DNA of 64,000 nt from Gaiellaceae bacterium (GCA_035296905.1 DATHAA010000007.1:32415-96414), one strand, 5' to 3'. Counted from the stretch's first letter, positions 36,495 through 46,362 are shown. Made by a program: numbers and translations. Notes: generated from the letters alone by a model not told the origin.

Positions 36495-37643
36495 ATGGAC
36501 TTCGAGACGCGCGCCATCCACGAAGGGCAGGAGCCCGACCCGGCCACCGGGGCGATCACCACACCGATCTATCAGACCTCCACGTACCTCCAGGAAGCAG
36601 TCGGCAAGAACAAAGGCTACGACTACTCGCGCGCGGGAAACCCGACGCGCACCGCCCTGGAAACCTGCCTCGCCTCGCTCGAGAGTGCCGATCACGGCCT
36701 CGCCTTCTCGTCCGGCCTCGGCGCGACGACGACGATCATGCATCTCGTCAGCCCCGGTGAGCGCATTGTGTGCGTGAACGACGTCTACGGCGGCGTCTAC
36801 CGCATGTTCTCGCAGGTTTACGAGCCGAAGGGCTACGACTTCAGCTTCCTTTCCGCCCAGGAGATCGGTGCCAACCTCGCCGACCACCTCGACTCCAAGG
36901 CGCGGATCGTCTGGCTCGAGTCGCCCACGAACCCGCTCCTGAACGTGATCGACATCGCGGCCGCGGCGGAGGCCGCCCATGCGGTCGGCGCGCTCGTGGT
37001 CGTCGACAACACATTCGCCACGCCGTACCTGCAGCGCCCGCTCGAGCTCGGCGCCGACATCGTCGTCCATTCGACCACGAAGTACCTCGGCGGACACTCG
37101 GACGTGATCGGCGGCTTCGCGGGGACGAACGACCTGACCGTCGCGGAGCGACTGCGCTTTCTGCAGAAGTCCCTGGGTGCCGTTCCCGGCCCCTTTGACG
37201 CCTGGCTCGTTCTCCGCGGCGTGAAGACCCTCGCGGTCCGCATGCGCCAGCACTGCGAGAACGCGCGCCGGATCGCCGCGTTCCTCTCCGAGCACGAGGC
37301 CGTCGAGCGCGTCTTCTATCCTGGCCTGCCCGACCACCCCGGGCACGACATCGCGGCGCGGCAGATGGCGGACTTCGGCGGGATGATCTCGTTCCTCGCC
37401 GCCTCGGAAGAGGCGGCAGTGCGCCTCGTGGGAGAGACGAAGGTCTGGAAGCTCGCCGAGAGCCTCGGCGGAGTGGAGAGCCTCATCGAGCAGCCGGCGC
37501 AGATGACCCACGCATCGACGGCAAACGCGCCATTCGCTGTGCCCCCGAACCTGGTCCGGCTCTCGGTGGGAATCGAGTCGGGCGACGACCTCGTCGCCGA
37601 CCTCGAGCACGCGCTTGCGACGATTGTCGCAAGTCCTTCCTAG
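36495..37643 (+). CDS. Cystathionine gamma-lyase/synthase family PLP enzyme (Cys/Met metabolism)
   Basis: TRAIHEGQEPDPATGAI..PIYQTSTY, and the PLP lysine in HSTTKYLGGHSDV; 382 aa. Confidence 0.9.
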   Translation: MDFETRAIHEGQEPDPATGAITTPIYQTSTYLQEAVGKNKGYDYSRAGNPTRTALETCLASLESADHGLAFSSGLGATTTIMHLVSPGERIVCVNDVYGGVYRMFSQVYEPKGYDFSFLSAQEIGANLADHLDSKARIVWLESPTNPLLNVIDIAAAAEAAHAVGALVVVDNTFATPYLQRPLELGADIVVHSTTKYLGGHSDVIGGFAGTNDLTVAERLRFLQKSLGAVPGPFDAWLVLRGVKTLAVRMRQHCENARRIAAFLSEHEAVERVFYPGLPDHPGHDIAARQMADFGGMISFLAASEEAAVRLVGETKVWKLAESLGGVESLIEQPAQMTHASTANAPFAVPPNLVRLSVGIESGDDLVADLEHALATIVASPS

Positions 37644-37666
37644 CTCCTCTTTACAATTCGGGGCAG

Positions 37667-38347
37667 ATGAACGACTGGGGCCTCTACATCCTGCTGCTCG
37701 TCCCGACCCTCGTCATCGGCCTCGCTGTGCAGTGGTGGCTCCGGAAGACTTTCGACCGCTACTCGCACATCCAGCTCCTTTCTGGCATGACGGGCGCCGA
37801 GGTGGCGCGGCAGATCCTCGACCGAAACGGGCTCGAGGAGGTGCCTGTCGACCGCTCCGACACGGGCGCGCTCTCCGACAACTACGACCCGCGCAAGAAG
37901 GCGTTGCACTTGTCCCCGCCGGTCTACGACCCGAAGACGGTCGCGGCGGCGGCCGTGGCAGCCCACGAGAGCGGCCACGCGCTGCAGCACCAGGCGGGCT
38001 ATGCGGCCTTGCGCTTGCGGAGCGCGATGTTTCCCGTGGTAGCGATCGCCTCGAACACGTGGATCTGGCTGCTCATGGCCGGCGTGCTCTTGAACGCGCT
38101 GAACCTGATCACGATCGCGATCCTCATCTATGCGGTCGCCGTCCTCTTCCACATCGTCACGCTGCCGGTGGAGTTCAACGCCTCCAAGCGGGCCGGCCAG
38201 CAGCTCACGACGCTCGGCCTCGTCACCGCTGACGAGTCGGCCGGAGTCCGGAAGGTGCTCACTGCGGCCGCACTCACGTACGTCGCCGGCGCGCTCGCCG
38301 CGCTGACGCAACTTCTCTACTTCGTTCTCGCCTACCTGCGGGACTAG
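37667..38347 (+). CDS. Membrane-bound neutral zinc metallopeptidase (YugP/Zn_peptidase_2 type)
   Basis: N-terminal TM helix, HESGHALQH (HExxH) and C-terminal TM helices; 226 aa. Confidence 0.8.
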   Translation: MNDWGLYILLLVPTLVIGLAVQWWLRKTFDRYSHIQLLSGMTGAEVARQILDRNGLEEVPVDRSDTGALSDNYDPRKKALHLSPPVYDPKTVAAAAVAAHESGHALQHQAGYAALRLRSAMFPVVAIASNTWIWLLMAGVLLNALNLITIAILIYAVAVLFHIVTLPVEFNASKRAGQQLTTLGLVTADESAGVRKVLTAAALTYVAGALAALTQLLYFVLAYLRD

Positions 38348-38356
38348 CCAGCCCGG

Positions 38357-39397
38357 CTAAGCCGCAGCAACGGCGCCTTCGAGCGCCTTCTCGTAGGCCG
38401 CTTCGTAATCGCGGACCATCCGCTCGGAGGAGAAGCGCTCCTCGACGTAGCGCCGGCAATCCATCGGGTCGAGCGCGGCGGCCCTCTCGATCACGCCGGG
38501 CATCTCCATGTAGTCGTCGACGACGATGCCCGTGCGGCCGTCGTCGATCACCTCGGGCACGGCGCCCCAGCGCGTTGCGACCACAGGGGTCCCACACGCC
38601 ATCGACTCGATCATGACGAGGCCAAACGGCTCCTCCCATTCGATGGGGAAGAGGGTCACGCGCGCGTTCTGGAGGAGGTCCACCTTCTTCGCGTGGTCGA
38701 CCTCGCCGAGGTACTCGATGCCCCAGCCGAGGTTCGGCCGCACGTGCTCCTCGAAGTACTCCTTCTCGGCCCGGTCCTGCATCTTCCCAGCAATGAGGAG
38801 CGGGATATCGGCCTCCTTCGCCACCTCGATCGCCCGGTGGCAGCCCTTTTCCGCGCTCCCACGCCCGAGGAAGAGGAGGTAGTCGCCCTTGTGCGGGTGG
38901 ACTGGGTAGACGTCGAGCTCGAGCGCGTTCGGGCAGTTGGCCACCCAGTTCAGGTCCGGGAGCGGCTTGCGCTGGTTCATGGAGAGGGAGATGAGCCCGA
39001 CCTCAGGGCAGACCTTGGAGAGCGACGTGTAGAGGAGCCCCGGCTCCCCACCGAGCGGCCCGTGCACGGTATGGACGACCGGCGTGTCCACGACTCCGCC
39101 GAACATGGCGCCGAGCGGCCCGCTGTGATCGTTGATGACGTCGAAGTCCCCGGCCCGCTCGAAGCACGAAAGCGCATGGCGGAGCTCTACCTGCGTGTTG
39201 CCGATCATCTCGGACGGCGCCTCGTCGTAGATCGCAACGAGCTCGGCCTGTGTGCTCGAGTCCCCGGAGGCGAAGAGCGTCACCTCGTGCCCTGCGCGGA
39301 CGAGCCCCTCGGAGAGAAGCGAGACGATCCACTCGATCCCGCCGTAGCGAGTCGGCGGCACCGGGAACCACACCGGGCTGAGAACAGCGATTTTCAT
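38357..39397 (-). CDS. Family 4 glycosyltransferase
   Basis: MKIAVLSPVWFPVPPTRYGGIEWIV; the C-terminal EPFGLVMIESMACGTPVV motif. ATG 39397 is preceded by GGAGG and overlaps the stop of the upstream gene (ATGA). The 556-aa track ORF is an over-extension. Confidence 0.88.
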   Translation of the reverse strand: MKIAVLSPVWFPVPPTRYGGIEWIVSLLSEGLVRAGHEVTLFASGDSSTQAELVAIYDEAPSEMIGNTQVELRHALSCFERAGDFDVINDHSGPLGAMFGGVVDTPVVHTVHGPLGGEPGLLYTSLSKVCPEVGLISLSMNQRKPLPDLNWVANCPNALELDVYPVHPHKGDYLLFLGRGSAEKGCHRAIEVAKEADIPLLIAGKMQDRAEKEYFEEHVRPNLGWGIEYLGEVDHAKKVDLLQNARVTLFPIEWEEPFGLVMIESMACGTPVVATRWGAVPEVIDDGRTGIVVDDYMEMPGVIERAAALDPMDCRRYVEERFSSERMVRDYEAAYEKALEGAVAAA

Positions 39398-41457
39398 TGG
39401 GATTCCTCCACCTCTATATGCCCGTTCTCGAGACGAACGTCCCAACTGCGCTCGAAGGCGCGCACGCCCGAGAGCGTCAGAGTTCCGAGCCAGGCGGGCA
39501 ACTCCTGCGGAGCGACGGAGACGAGCGCCTTCCTTCCGGGATCCGGCCGAAGGCCGAGCAGGAGGTGGAGAAGGAGCACCGGCGTTCCCGCAGCCCACGC
39601 CTGCGGCCGGGCGGCGGTCGGGTAGGCGATCGGAAACGGCGTCGCCGCGCGGGAGAAACCCGCGAATACCTCCGGCAGCTGATTGGCGAAGTGACCTGCC
39701 GCGCTGAGCATGCGCCGGGCAATGCGGTGCGTTTCCGACCAGCGATCGTAGCGGGCGAGCCCCCAGGCGATCAGGGAGTTGTCGTGCGGCCAGACGGTGC
39801 CGTTGTGGTACGAAAGCGGGTTGAAGGCCACGTCCCCCGAGGACATCGTCCTCACTCCCCAGCCCGACCAGAGCTCCTCGCCCATGAGCTGGTCGACGAT
39901 CGCATCGGCGCGTCCAGCCGGGACGATGCCGCTCCACAACAGGTGGCCGACGTTCGAGGTCAACGAGTCGACCTTGGCCTTCTGCCCGTCGAGCGCGAGC
40001 GCGTAGTACCCGCCGCGCGCCTCGCACCAGAACGCATCGTCGAAGCGCTTCTGGAGGTCGGCCGCCTCGGTCTCGAGTCGGTCCGCGAGCGCCGTGTCTC
40101 CCCAGACATCCCGGGCGAGCTCCGCCGCGCGCTGCTTGGCGTCATAGACGTAGCCCTGCACCTCGCACGGCGCGATCGGCGCCTCCGCCAGCCGCCCGTC
40201 GTGGAACCGCTGCGAGTCGCCGGAATCCTTCCAGGACTGGTTCACGAGCCCTCGCTCCGAGCGGCGCCTGTACTCGACGAAACCGTCCCCGTCGAGGTCG
40301 CCGAACTCGTCGATCCACCCGAGCGCGCGCATCGCCGGCTCCCGGAGATCGCGGACGAGCGCCGCGTCGCCGGTCCAGCGCCAGACCTCCGACAGAAGGA
40401 TGAGATAGAGCGGCGTCGCGTCGACCGTGCCGTAGTAGCGCGGGAACCACGCGTCGGCGCCTTTGCCGTGGCGCACCTCGTGGACGATCTTGCCGGGCTC
40501 GGCGTCGATGGCCGGGTTGTCTTCGGTCGCCTGGAGGGCGGCGAGGACACGGAGCGCGTTGCTCGCAAGCTCCGGGCCGAAAAGCAGGGTCTGCAGGCAC
40601 GTGATCAGCGTGTCGCGGCCGAACACCGTCATGAACCACGGCATGCCGGCCGCAGGGAGCTGACCGGGGACGCGCGGGTCCTCGTCCATCCTGAGCGACG
40701 CAAGATCGGCGACGGATTGCGCGAAGGTGCCGCCGAGCTGCTCCCACGACGCGCGGAGATGCGGCACGGAGAGATGCCACGCCGAGAGCGAGGAGCGCAC
40801 GCGCGAGAGCTCGTCGCCGAAATTCCGCTCCGCCTGGGCGACCGCGAGCCGGACGCCGTCTGCCGAAGGGATGACGTCGGCGCGCAGCCGCCACTCCTCC
40901 CGGGGCTCGAGCGCGATGGAGTAGCGAACGCTGCTCCCGTTCACCTCGCCGGGCTGTGAGAAGAGCACCTGCGTGAGACGCTTGGGCCCGTCCACGAAGA
41001 TGAACTGGTTCCCCTCTGCGTCGAACTCACCGGTAGCGAGGCCAGGGAGCGGGGACGCGCTGTCCGGATGTCCGAGCGCAAAGTCGTGCTCCTTGACCGC
41101 GAAGATGTCCGCAAAGTCCGTGCCGACCTCGAGCGCGAGCTCGAACTCGACCGGGTGCTGCCCATGGTTGACGACGATGATGTGCTCCTGCATGGCATCG
41201 CCGATGAAGCGGTCCCGTCCGATCGAGAGCACGTCCTGCTCGAGTCCTCCCGCAATCGGGTTGCGGAGAAAGAACGCGGCCGAGAAGTACTCGACCTTGT
41301 CCGACGAGAGCCGCAGCGGGCGCTGCCCGTTGATCGTGAGAATCCAGCGCGAGAGAAAGCGCGTGTCGTCGGCGAAGAAGCCCATCACGGGGTCGGCGAT
41401 GTCGCCGCGCTCGTCCGAGACGCAGAACGTCGACCCCTCCAGAATCGTGAGAGCCAC
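39394..41457 (-). CDS. Amylo-alpha-1,6-glucosidase / glycogen-debranching-enzyme-like protein (GDE N-terminal domain plus GDE_C six-hairpin domain)
   Basis: N-terminus ILEGSTFCVSDERGDI, FGRDTLI, CEVQGYVYDA, SYHNGTVWPHDN. GTG start at 41457 overlaps the SDR stop. The ORF maximum at 41796 overlaps the SDR gene. Confidence 0.82.
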   Translation of the reverse strand: MALTILEGSTFCVSDERGDIADPVMGFFADDTRFLSRWILTINGQRPLRLSSDKVEYFSAAFFLRNPIAGGLEQDVLSIGRDRFIGDAMQEHIIVVNHGQHPVEFELALEVGTDFADIFAVKEHDFALGHPDSASPLPGLATGEFDAEGNQFIFVDGPKRLTQVLFSQPGEVNGSSVRYSIALEPREEWRLRADVIPSADGVRLAVAQAERNFGDELSRVRSSLSAWHLSVPHLRASWEQLGGTFAQSVADLASLRMDEDPRVPGQLPAAGMPWFMTVFGRDTLITCLQTLLFGPELASNALRVLAALQATEDNPAIDAEPGKIVHEVRHGKGADAWFPRYYGTVDATPLYLILLSEVWRWTGDAALVRDLREPAMRALGWIDEFGDLDGDGFVEYRRRSERGLVNQSWKDSGDSQRFHDGRLAEAPIAPCEVQGYVYDAKQRAAELARDVWGDTALADRLETEAADLQKRFDDAFWCEARGGYYALALDGQKAKVDSLTSNVGHLLWSGIVPAGRADAIVDQLMGEELWSGWGVRTMSSGDVAFNPLSYHNGTVWPHDNSLIAWGLARYDRWSETHRIARRMLSAAGHFANQLPEVFAGFSRAATPFPIAYPTAARPQAWAAGTPVLLLHLLLGLRPDPGRKALVSVAPQELPAWLGTLTLSGVRAFERSWDVRLENGHIEVEESQ

Positions 41458-42215
41458 TACCTGCGGACGATTGCGTCCTGGCTTGCCTGCTGGAGGGGTT
41501 TGATGACCATCTCGTCGACGACCATGTAGTCGGGTCGGGTCAGGGCGAAGAGGATGCAGTCGGCAACGTCGGCGGGGGTCAGGTAGTCCACTCCGTGGTA
41601 GACGGAGTCCTTGCGCTCCTGGTCGCCCCCGAAGCGCACGTCGGAGAACTCCGTGTCCCCCACCATGCCCGGGTCGACCGTCGAGACCTTGATGCGCCCG
41701 ACGAGCTCCTTCCGCATCACCTGCGTGAGCGCGAGCACGGCGGTCTTCGAGCCGACGTACATTCCGCCCTGCGGGTAGGCCTCCCGCCCCGCCCACGAGC
41801 CGAGGTTGACGATGTGCCCGCGCCCGTCCTCCATATGCGGGAGAACGAGGCGAGTCATCCGCATGAGCCCGAGCACGTTGGTCTCGAGCATCCGGCGGTC
41901 GTCCTCGTCATTCGACTCCTCGACGGAGGTGCGCCCGAGGGCGAGTCCGGCATTGTTAATCAAGATGTCGAGCCGAGAAAACCGGCTCGCCATCTTGGAG
42001 ACAAATTCCTCGCAGCTCTGAGCGTCCGTGACGTCGAGTGGCGCGATCTCGTGGCCCTCTCCGGGAAGATCCGCGACGAGCTCTTCGAGCCGGTCCGTCC
42101 GTCGCGCGCCAAGGGCGAGGCGGGCGCCGGCGGCGGCGAGCGCGCGCGCGGTCTCGGCCCCGATGCCACTCGAGGCGCCCGTGACGACGGCTGTCCGATC
42201 CTTCAGATCCGGCAC
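41457..42215 (-). CDS. Short-chain dehydrogenase/reductase
   Basis: VVTGASSGIG, NNAG, YVGSKTAV (YxxxK); 252 aa. Confidence 0.88.
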   Translation of the reverse strand: MPDLKDRTAVVTGASSGIGAETARALAAAGARLALGARRTDRLEELVADLPGEGHEIAPLDVTDAQSCEEFVSKMASRFSRLDILINNAGLALGRTSVEESNDEDDRRMLETNVLGLMRMTRLVLPHMEDGRGHIVNLGSWAGREAYPQGGMYVGSKTAVLALTQVMRKELVGRIKVSTVDPGMVGDTEFSDVRFGGDQERKDSVYHGVDYLTPADVADCILFALTRPDYMVVDEMVIKPLQQASQDAIVRR

Positions 42216-42232
42216 GTGCGGAGCCTACAGAG

Positions 42233-42469
42233 CTACTTGCCGACCGTGGCGTCCACCAGCGTGGAGAGCTCCGCGCCCCCACGGCCGTGGGCGAGTCCGA
42301 CCAGATAGCAGAGGAGCGGAGCGTTGATCCGCTCGCCGCTCGAGTGCGCCGCGAGCCGGGCGAGCTCGAGCAACTCCTCGACGTCGGCCTGGGAGAGCTC
42401 GAGGCTCTCCGGGCTCTCGCCGGACGCCGCGGCCAGGCGATCGCGCGCCTCACGGAGCCATTCGTCCAC
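42233..42469 (-). CDS. Small conserved hypothetical protein (possibly DUF6457-like)
   Basis: 78-aa helical protein (ELSQADVEELLELARLAAHSSGERINAPLLCYLVG). The family assignment is from memory only. Confidence 0.45.
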   Translation of the reverse strand: MDEWLREARDRLAAASGESPESLELSQADVEELLELARLAAHSSGERINAPLLCYLVGLAHGRGGAELSTLVDATVGK

Positions 42470-42494
42470 ACTCGCACCTTAGACTGCGCGCGGC

Positions 42495-43604
42495 ATGAAG
42501 GTCGGCGTCCCCAAGGAGACCGCTTCTGGCGAGCGGCGAGTCGCCCTCGTGCCCGATTCGATCAAGCGTCTCGCCGAGGCAGGCGTCGAGGTCCTCGTCG
42601 AGGCGGGTGCAGGAGCGGCAGCCGGATTCCTCGACGAGGCCTACGAGGAGAGCGGCGCGCAAATCGTGGGGGACGCGTTCTCCGGAGTCGACGCGGTGGC
42701 GAAGGTGCAACAGCCGTCCGACGGCGAGGTGGCCAGGCTCGGGGACGGGCAGATCCTGATCGCCTTCCTGCAGCCGCTCGTCAACGGCGACCTCGTGCGC
42801 GCGCTCGCCGAGCGGCGCGTCACGGCCTTCTCGATGGACTCGATCCCGCGCATCACCCGCGCGCAGCCGATGGACGCGCTCTCCTCCCAGAGCACGGTCT
42901 CGGGCTACAAGGGAACGCTGATCGCGGCCGACCACCTGCCGAAGTTCATGCCGATGCTCACCACCGCTGCCGGGACGATCCCGCCGGCGCGCATCCTCGT
43001 GCTCGGAGCGGGCGTCGCCGGCCTGCAGGCGATCGCGACCGCGCGGCGGCTCGGCGCCGTCGTCTCGGCCTTCGACGTGCGTCCCGCCGTGAAAGAGCAG
43101 GTGGAGAGCCTCGGCGCCACGTTCCTCGAGCTGGACGTCGAGGGCGCGGAGGGTCAGGGCGGCTACGCGGTCGCGCTCTCGGACGACCAGCACGAGCGAG
43201 AGCAGGAGCTGATCGCCCGCCACGTTGCCGAGTCGGACGCGGTCATCACGACCGCCCTTATCCCCGGCCGGGAGGCACCCGTCCTCATCACGGCCGACGC
43301 GGCTCGGGGGATGCGGCCGGGCTCCGTGATCGTCGACCTCGCCGCCGAGGCGGGCGGGAACTGCGAGCTCACGAAGCCCGGCGAGACCGTCGTCGAGAAC
43401 GGCGTCACCCTCGTCGGCGAGCTCAACCTGCCGAGCTCGATGCCGCTGCACGCGAGCCAGATGTACTCCCGCAACGTGTGGACGTTCCTGAACCACCTCC
43501 TCGGAGGCGGCTCGGAGCTTACGCTCGACTTCGACGACGAGATCACGCGCGAGACGTGCGTGACCCACGAGGGGCGCGTGCTGAAGGAGCCGGTTGCGGC
43601 ATGA
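42495..43604 (+). CDS. pntAA: NAD(P) transhydrogenase subunit alpha, part 1 (dI)
   Basis: MKVGVPKETASGERRVALVPD, GAGVAGLQAIATARRLGA; 369 aa. Confidence 0.92.
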   Translation: MKVGVPKETASGERRVALVPDSIKRLAEAGVEVLVEAGAGAAAGFLDEAYEESGAQIVGDAFSGVDAVAKVQQPSDGEVARLGDGQILIAFLQPLVNGDLVRALAERRVTAFSMDSIPRITRAQPMDALSSQSTVSGYKGTLIAADHLPKFMPMLTTAAGTIPPARILVLGAGVAGLQAIATARRLGAVVSAFDVRPAVKEQVESLGATFLELDVEGAEGQGGYAVALSDDQHEREQELIARHVAESDAVITTALIPGREAPVLITADAARGMRPGSVIVDLAAEAGGNCELTKPGETVVENGVTLVGELNLPSSMPLHASQMYSRNVWTFLNHLLGGGSELTLDFDDEITRETCVTHEGRVLKEPVAA

Positions 43605-43903
43605 GCATGACGCTCCTCAACAGCATCACCGTCTTTGTCCTCGCGGTCTTCATCGGCATCGAGATCATCTCGAAGGTCCCGACCATGCTGCACACTCCGC
43701 TCATGTCGGGGACGAACGCGATCCACGGCATCGTGCTCGTCGGGGCGATGCTCATTGCGGGCTCGGCCGACTCCGACCTCGAGAAGGCACTCGCTTTCGT
43801 CGCGGTCGTCTTCGCGACGATCAACGTCGTCGGTGGCTTCCTCGTCACCGACCGCATGCTCGAGATGTTCAAGCGCAAGCCGTCCAAGCCCGAATCCGAA
43901 TGA
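43601..43903 (+). CDS. pntAB: NAD(P) transhydrogenase subunit alpha, part 2 (membrane)
   Basis: 100-aa protein with about 3 TM helices (LHTPLMSGTNAIHGIVLVGA). ATGA overlaps on both sides. Confidence 0.9.
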   Translation: MSMTLLNSITVFVLAVFIGIEIISKVPTMLHTPLMSGTNAIHGIVLVGAMLIAGSADSDLEKALAFVAVVFATINVVGGFLVTDRMLEMFKRKPSKPESE

Positions 43904-45306
43904 CGGTCCTCGCGTTGTCGCAGACGGCGATCAACTTCACCTACCTCGTCGCCGCGGTCCTCCTCATCGTCGGGATCCGCCGGCTCTCCTCGCCGCCGAC
44001 CGCGCGGTCGGGCAACTGGATCGCGGCGGTCGGGATGGGGATCGCGATCTTCTTCACGTTCCTCGACGAGGACATCACGAGCTACTGGCTGATCCTCGTC
44101 GGCATGGCCATCGGGACCGTGATCGGGGCCATCTCGGCGCGCCTTGTGAAGATGACCGCGATGCCGCAGATGGTGGCGCTCTTCAACGGCGTCGGCGGCG
44201 GCGCGGCGGCGCTCATCGCGGCCGCAGAATTCCACCGGATCGCGCCCGCGGCGGGCCACCTCTCGGGTGACTCGGTCGGCGCCATGCTCTTCTCGGCGCT
44301 GATCGGCTCGATCTCCTTCTCGGGCAGCCTGGTCGCGTTCGGCAAGCTCCAGGAAATCCTGCCGGGCCGGCCGATCACCTATACGGGCCAGCAGATCGTT
44401 AACGCTCTCCTCTTCGTCGCGCTGCTCGGGCTCGGAGTGCTCGCAGGCTCGACCGAGCAGGGGATCTGGATGGTGCTGCTCCTCCTGGGGGCTCTCCTCT
44501 TCGGCGTCTTGCTCGTCCTTCCGATCGGCGGCGCCGACATGCCGGTCGTCATCTCGCTCCTGAACGCGTTCACGGGTCTCGCGGCCGCCTCGGCCGGCTT
44601 CGTGCTCGAGAACACGGCGCTGATCATCGGCGGCACGCTCGTCGGCGCCTCGGGCACGCTGCTCACCGTCCTCATGGGCCGGGCCATGAACCGCTCGATC
44701 GCCAACGTCCTTTTCGGCGCGTTCGGGGCGGCCCCGGCCGGAGGCGCCGCGGCAGCGGCCTCGACGGACGGGAAGTCCTACCGCGAGGTGACCGCCGACG
44801 ACACGGCCGTCATGCTCGCCTACGCGCAGCGCGTCGTCGTCGTGCCCGGCTACGGCCTCGCGGTCGCGCAGGCCCAACACGCGGTGCGGGAGCTCGCCGA
44901 CCTCCTCGAAGCGCGCGGCGTCGACGTCAAGTACGCGATCCACCCCGTCGCGGGCCGCATGCCGGGACACATGAACGTCCTCCTCGCGGAGGCGCAGGTG
45001 CCTTACCCGCAGCTCTACGACATGGACGACATCAACCCGGAGTTCCCTCGAACCGACGTCGCTCTCGTCATCGGCGCGAACGACGTCACGAACCCCGCCG
45101 CGCGCGACAACCCCGAGAGCCCGCTCTACGGCATGCCGATCCTGAACGTCGACCAGGCGGCGAACGTCGTCATCCTCAAGCGGAGCATGAGCCCGGGGTT
45201 CGCCGGGATCGACAACGACCTCTTCTACGAGGGGAACTCGGCGATGCTCTTCGGAGACGCGAAGTCGTCCGTCGAGAAGCTCGTCGCCGCGGTCAAAGCA
45301 GCGTAA
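43900..45306 (+). CDS. pntB: NAD(P) transhydrogenase subunit beta
   Basis: Polytopic N-terminal domain, plus the C-terminal dIII domain (VVVVPGYGLAVAQAQH, YAIHPVAGRMPGHMNVLLAEA, GANDVTNPAA). Confidence 0.92.
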   Translation: MTVLALSQTAINFTYLVAAVLLIVGIRRLSSPPTARSGNWIAAVGMGIAIFFTFLDEDITSYWLILVGMAIGTVIGAISARLVKMTAMPQMVALFNGVGGGAAALIAAAEFHRIAPAAGHLSGDSVGAMLFSALIGSISFSGSLVAFGKLQEILPGRPITYTGQQIVNALLFVALLGLGVLAGSTEQGIWMVLLLLGALLFGVLLVLPIGGADMPVVISLLNAFTGLAAASAGFVLENTALIIGGTLVGASGTLLTVLMGRAMNRSIANVLFGAFGAAPAGGAAAAASTDGKSYREVTADDTAVMLAYAQRVVVVPGYGLAVAQAQHAVRELADLLEARGVDVKYAIHPVAGRMPGHMNVLLAEAQVPYPQLYDMDDINPEFPRTDVALVIGANDVTNPAARDNPESPLYGMPILNVDQAANVVILKRSMSPGFAGIDNDLFYEGNSAMLFGDAKSSVEKLVAAVKAA

Positions 45307-45706
45307 TCGCGTCGCCCTGGGAGACCCGGCCGGTCGTGACGACCTTGGCCAGCATCCCGCGCTTGCCCTCGAGCTCGGCCTGTAGGCCGGGGCGGATCTC
45401 CTCCATCAGTTCGCAGGGGTCGCAGATCATCGAGACCTCGAACTCGGCATCGCCGATCTGAAGGCGCTGGCCGATCCGCCAGTTCATGACGTCGGCGCCT
45501 CGCACGGTGAAGTTCTCCTTCACACGCCCGGGCGGCACACCGAGCGACTCGAGGTCCTCGGCCGCGACGAAGAGGACGTTGCGCTTGCCGCCGCGGCGAT
45601 GGGCGCAGCCCTCGACGCCTTCGTTCTCGAAGACCTGGGCGGTATCGAGTTCCTCCATCAGCTCGCGCCGCTTGGGCGAGCGCCAGATGTGCGCGATCTC
45701 GGCCAT
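45293..45706 (-). CDS. MOSC domain protein
   Basis: ..LFVAAEDLESLG..ENFTVRGADVMNWRIGQRLQIGDAEFEVSMICDPCELM..; 137 aa. Start at the internal ATG 45706. Confidence 0.7.
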   Translation of the reverse strand: MAEIAHIWRSPKRRELMEELDTAQVFENEGVEGCAHRRGGKRNVLFVAAEDLESLGVPPGRVKENFTVRGADVMNWRIGQRLQIGDAEFEVSMICDPCELMEEIRPGLQAELEGKRGMLAKVVTTGRVSQGDAITLL

Positions 45707-45725
45707 GGGCCGAGTATAAGGAGGC

Positions 45726-46346
45726 ATGCCGCTGATGGACATCGCACCCGGCCTCTGGATCTGGCGTCTGCGGCATCCCGCCTGGAGCCCCGAGGCAGAT
45801 TGGGACCCGCACGTGACCTCGACGGTCGTCGAGACCGGAGGCGAGGTCGCGCTGACCGACCCCCTCGCTCCTCCGGAGGAGAACCGCGAGGTGTGGGAGC
45901 GCCTGAATGCCGCGCCACCCACGCTCGTCGTGGTCCTCAAGCCGGACCATGTCCGCGACGTCGATCTCTTCGTTGGCCGTTACGGCGCGCGGGCGTTCGG
46001 GCCGAGCCTCTTCTGGCGCGACGACATTCCCGAGACCGAGCTCGAGGCGATCGAGCCCGGCTCGGAGCTCCCGGGCGGGCTCGTCGCGCTCTACGACGGG
46101 CGCGGCCGGAACGAGACGCCGCTCTGGGCGCCCGAGCGGCGGGCCCTGGTGTTTGCCGACGCCCTGACGGAACGGGACGGCCAGCTCCGGGTCTGGGGAA
46201 CGCCATGGCACGAGGAGCGAACGCTTCCCGCCCTCAGGAGTCTCCTCGACCTCCCGTTCGAGCACGTGGTCGTGTCGCATGGTGAGCCCGTGCATGACCG
46301 CGCCGCATTCGAGCGGGCGCTCGAGCTCCCGGCCTTCGGCCCTTAA
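45726..46346 (+). CDS. Hypothetical protein, possibly metallo-beta-lactamase-fold-like
   Basis: ATG preceded by AAGGAGG. GLWIWR...TSTVVETGGEVALTDP...VVVLKPDHVRD resembles an MBL-fold N-terminus, but no canonical HxHxDH motif was seen. Confidence 0.45.
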   Translation: MPLMDIAPGLWIWRLRHPAWSPEADWDPHVTSTVVETGGEVALTDPLAPPEENREVWERLNAAPPTLVVVLKPDHVRDVDLFVGRYGARAFGPSLFWRDDIPETELEAIEPGSELPGGLVALYDGRGRNETPLWAPERRALVFADALTERDGQLRVWGTPWHEERTLPALRSLLDLPFEHVVVSHGEPVHDRAAFERALELPAFGP

Positions 46347-46362
46347 TGGACGAATGGACGAA

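Noticed and set aside
38357-40027. A 556-aa track ORF suggesting a much larger glycosyltransferase
   Set aside because: The N-terminal 210 residues are Arg/Gly-rich shadow sequence overlapping the GDE gene in another frame. A strong GGAGG-ATG start at 39397 gives the canonical GT4 N-terminus MKIAVLSPVW.
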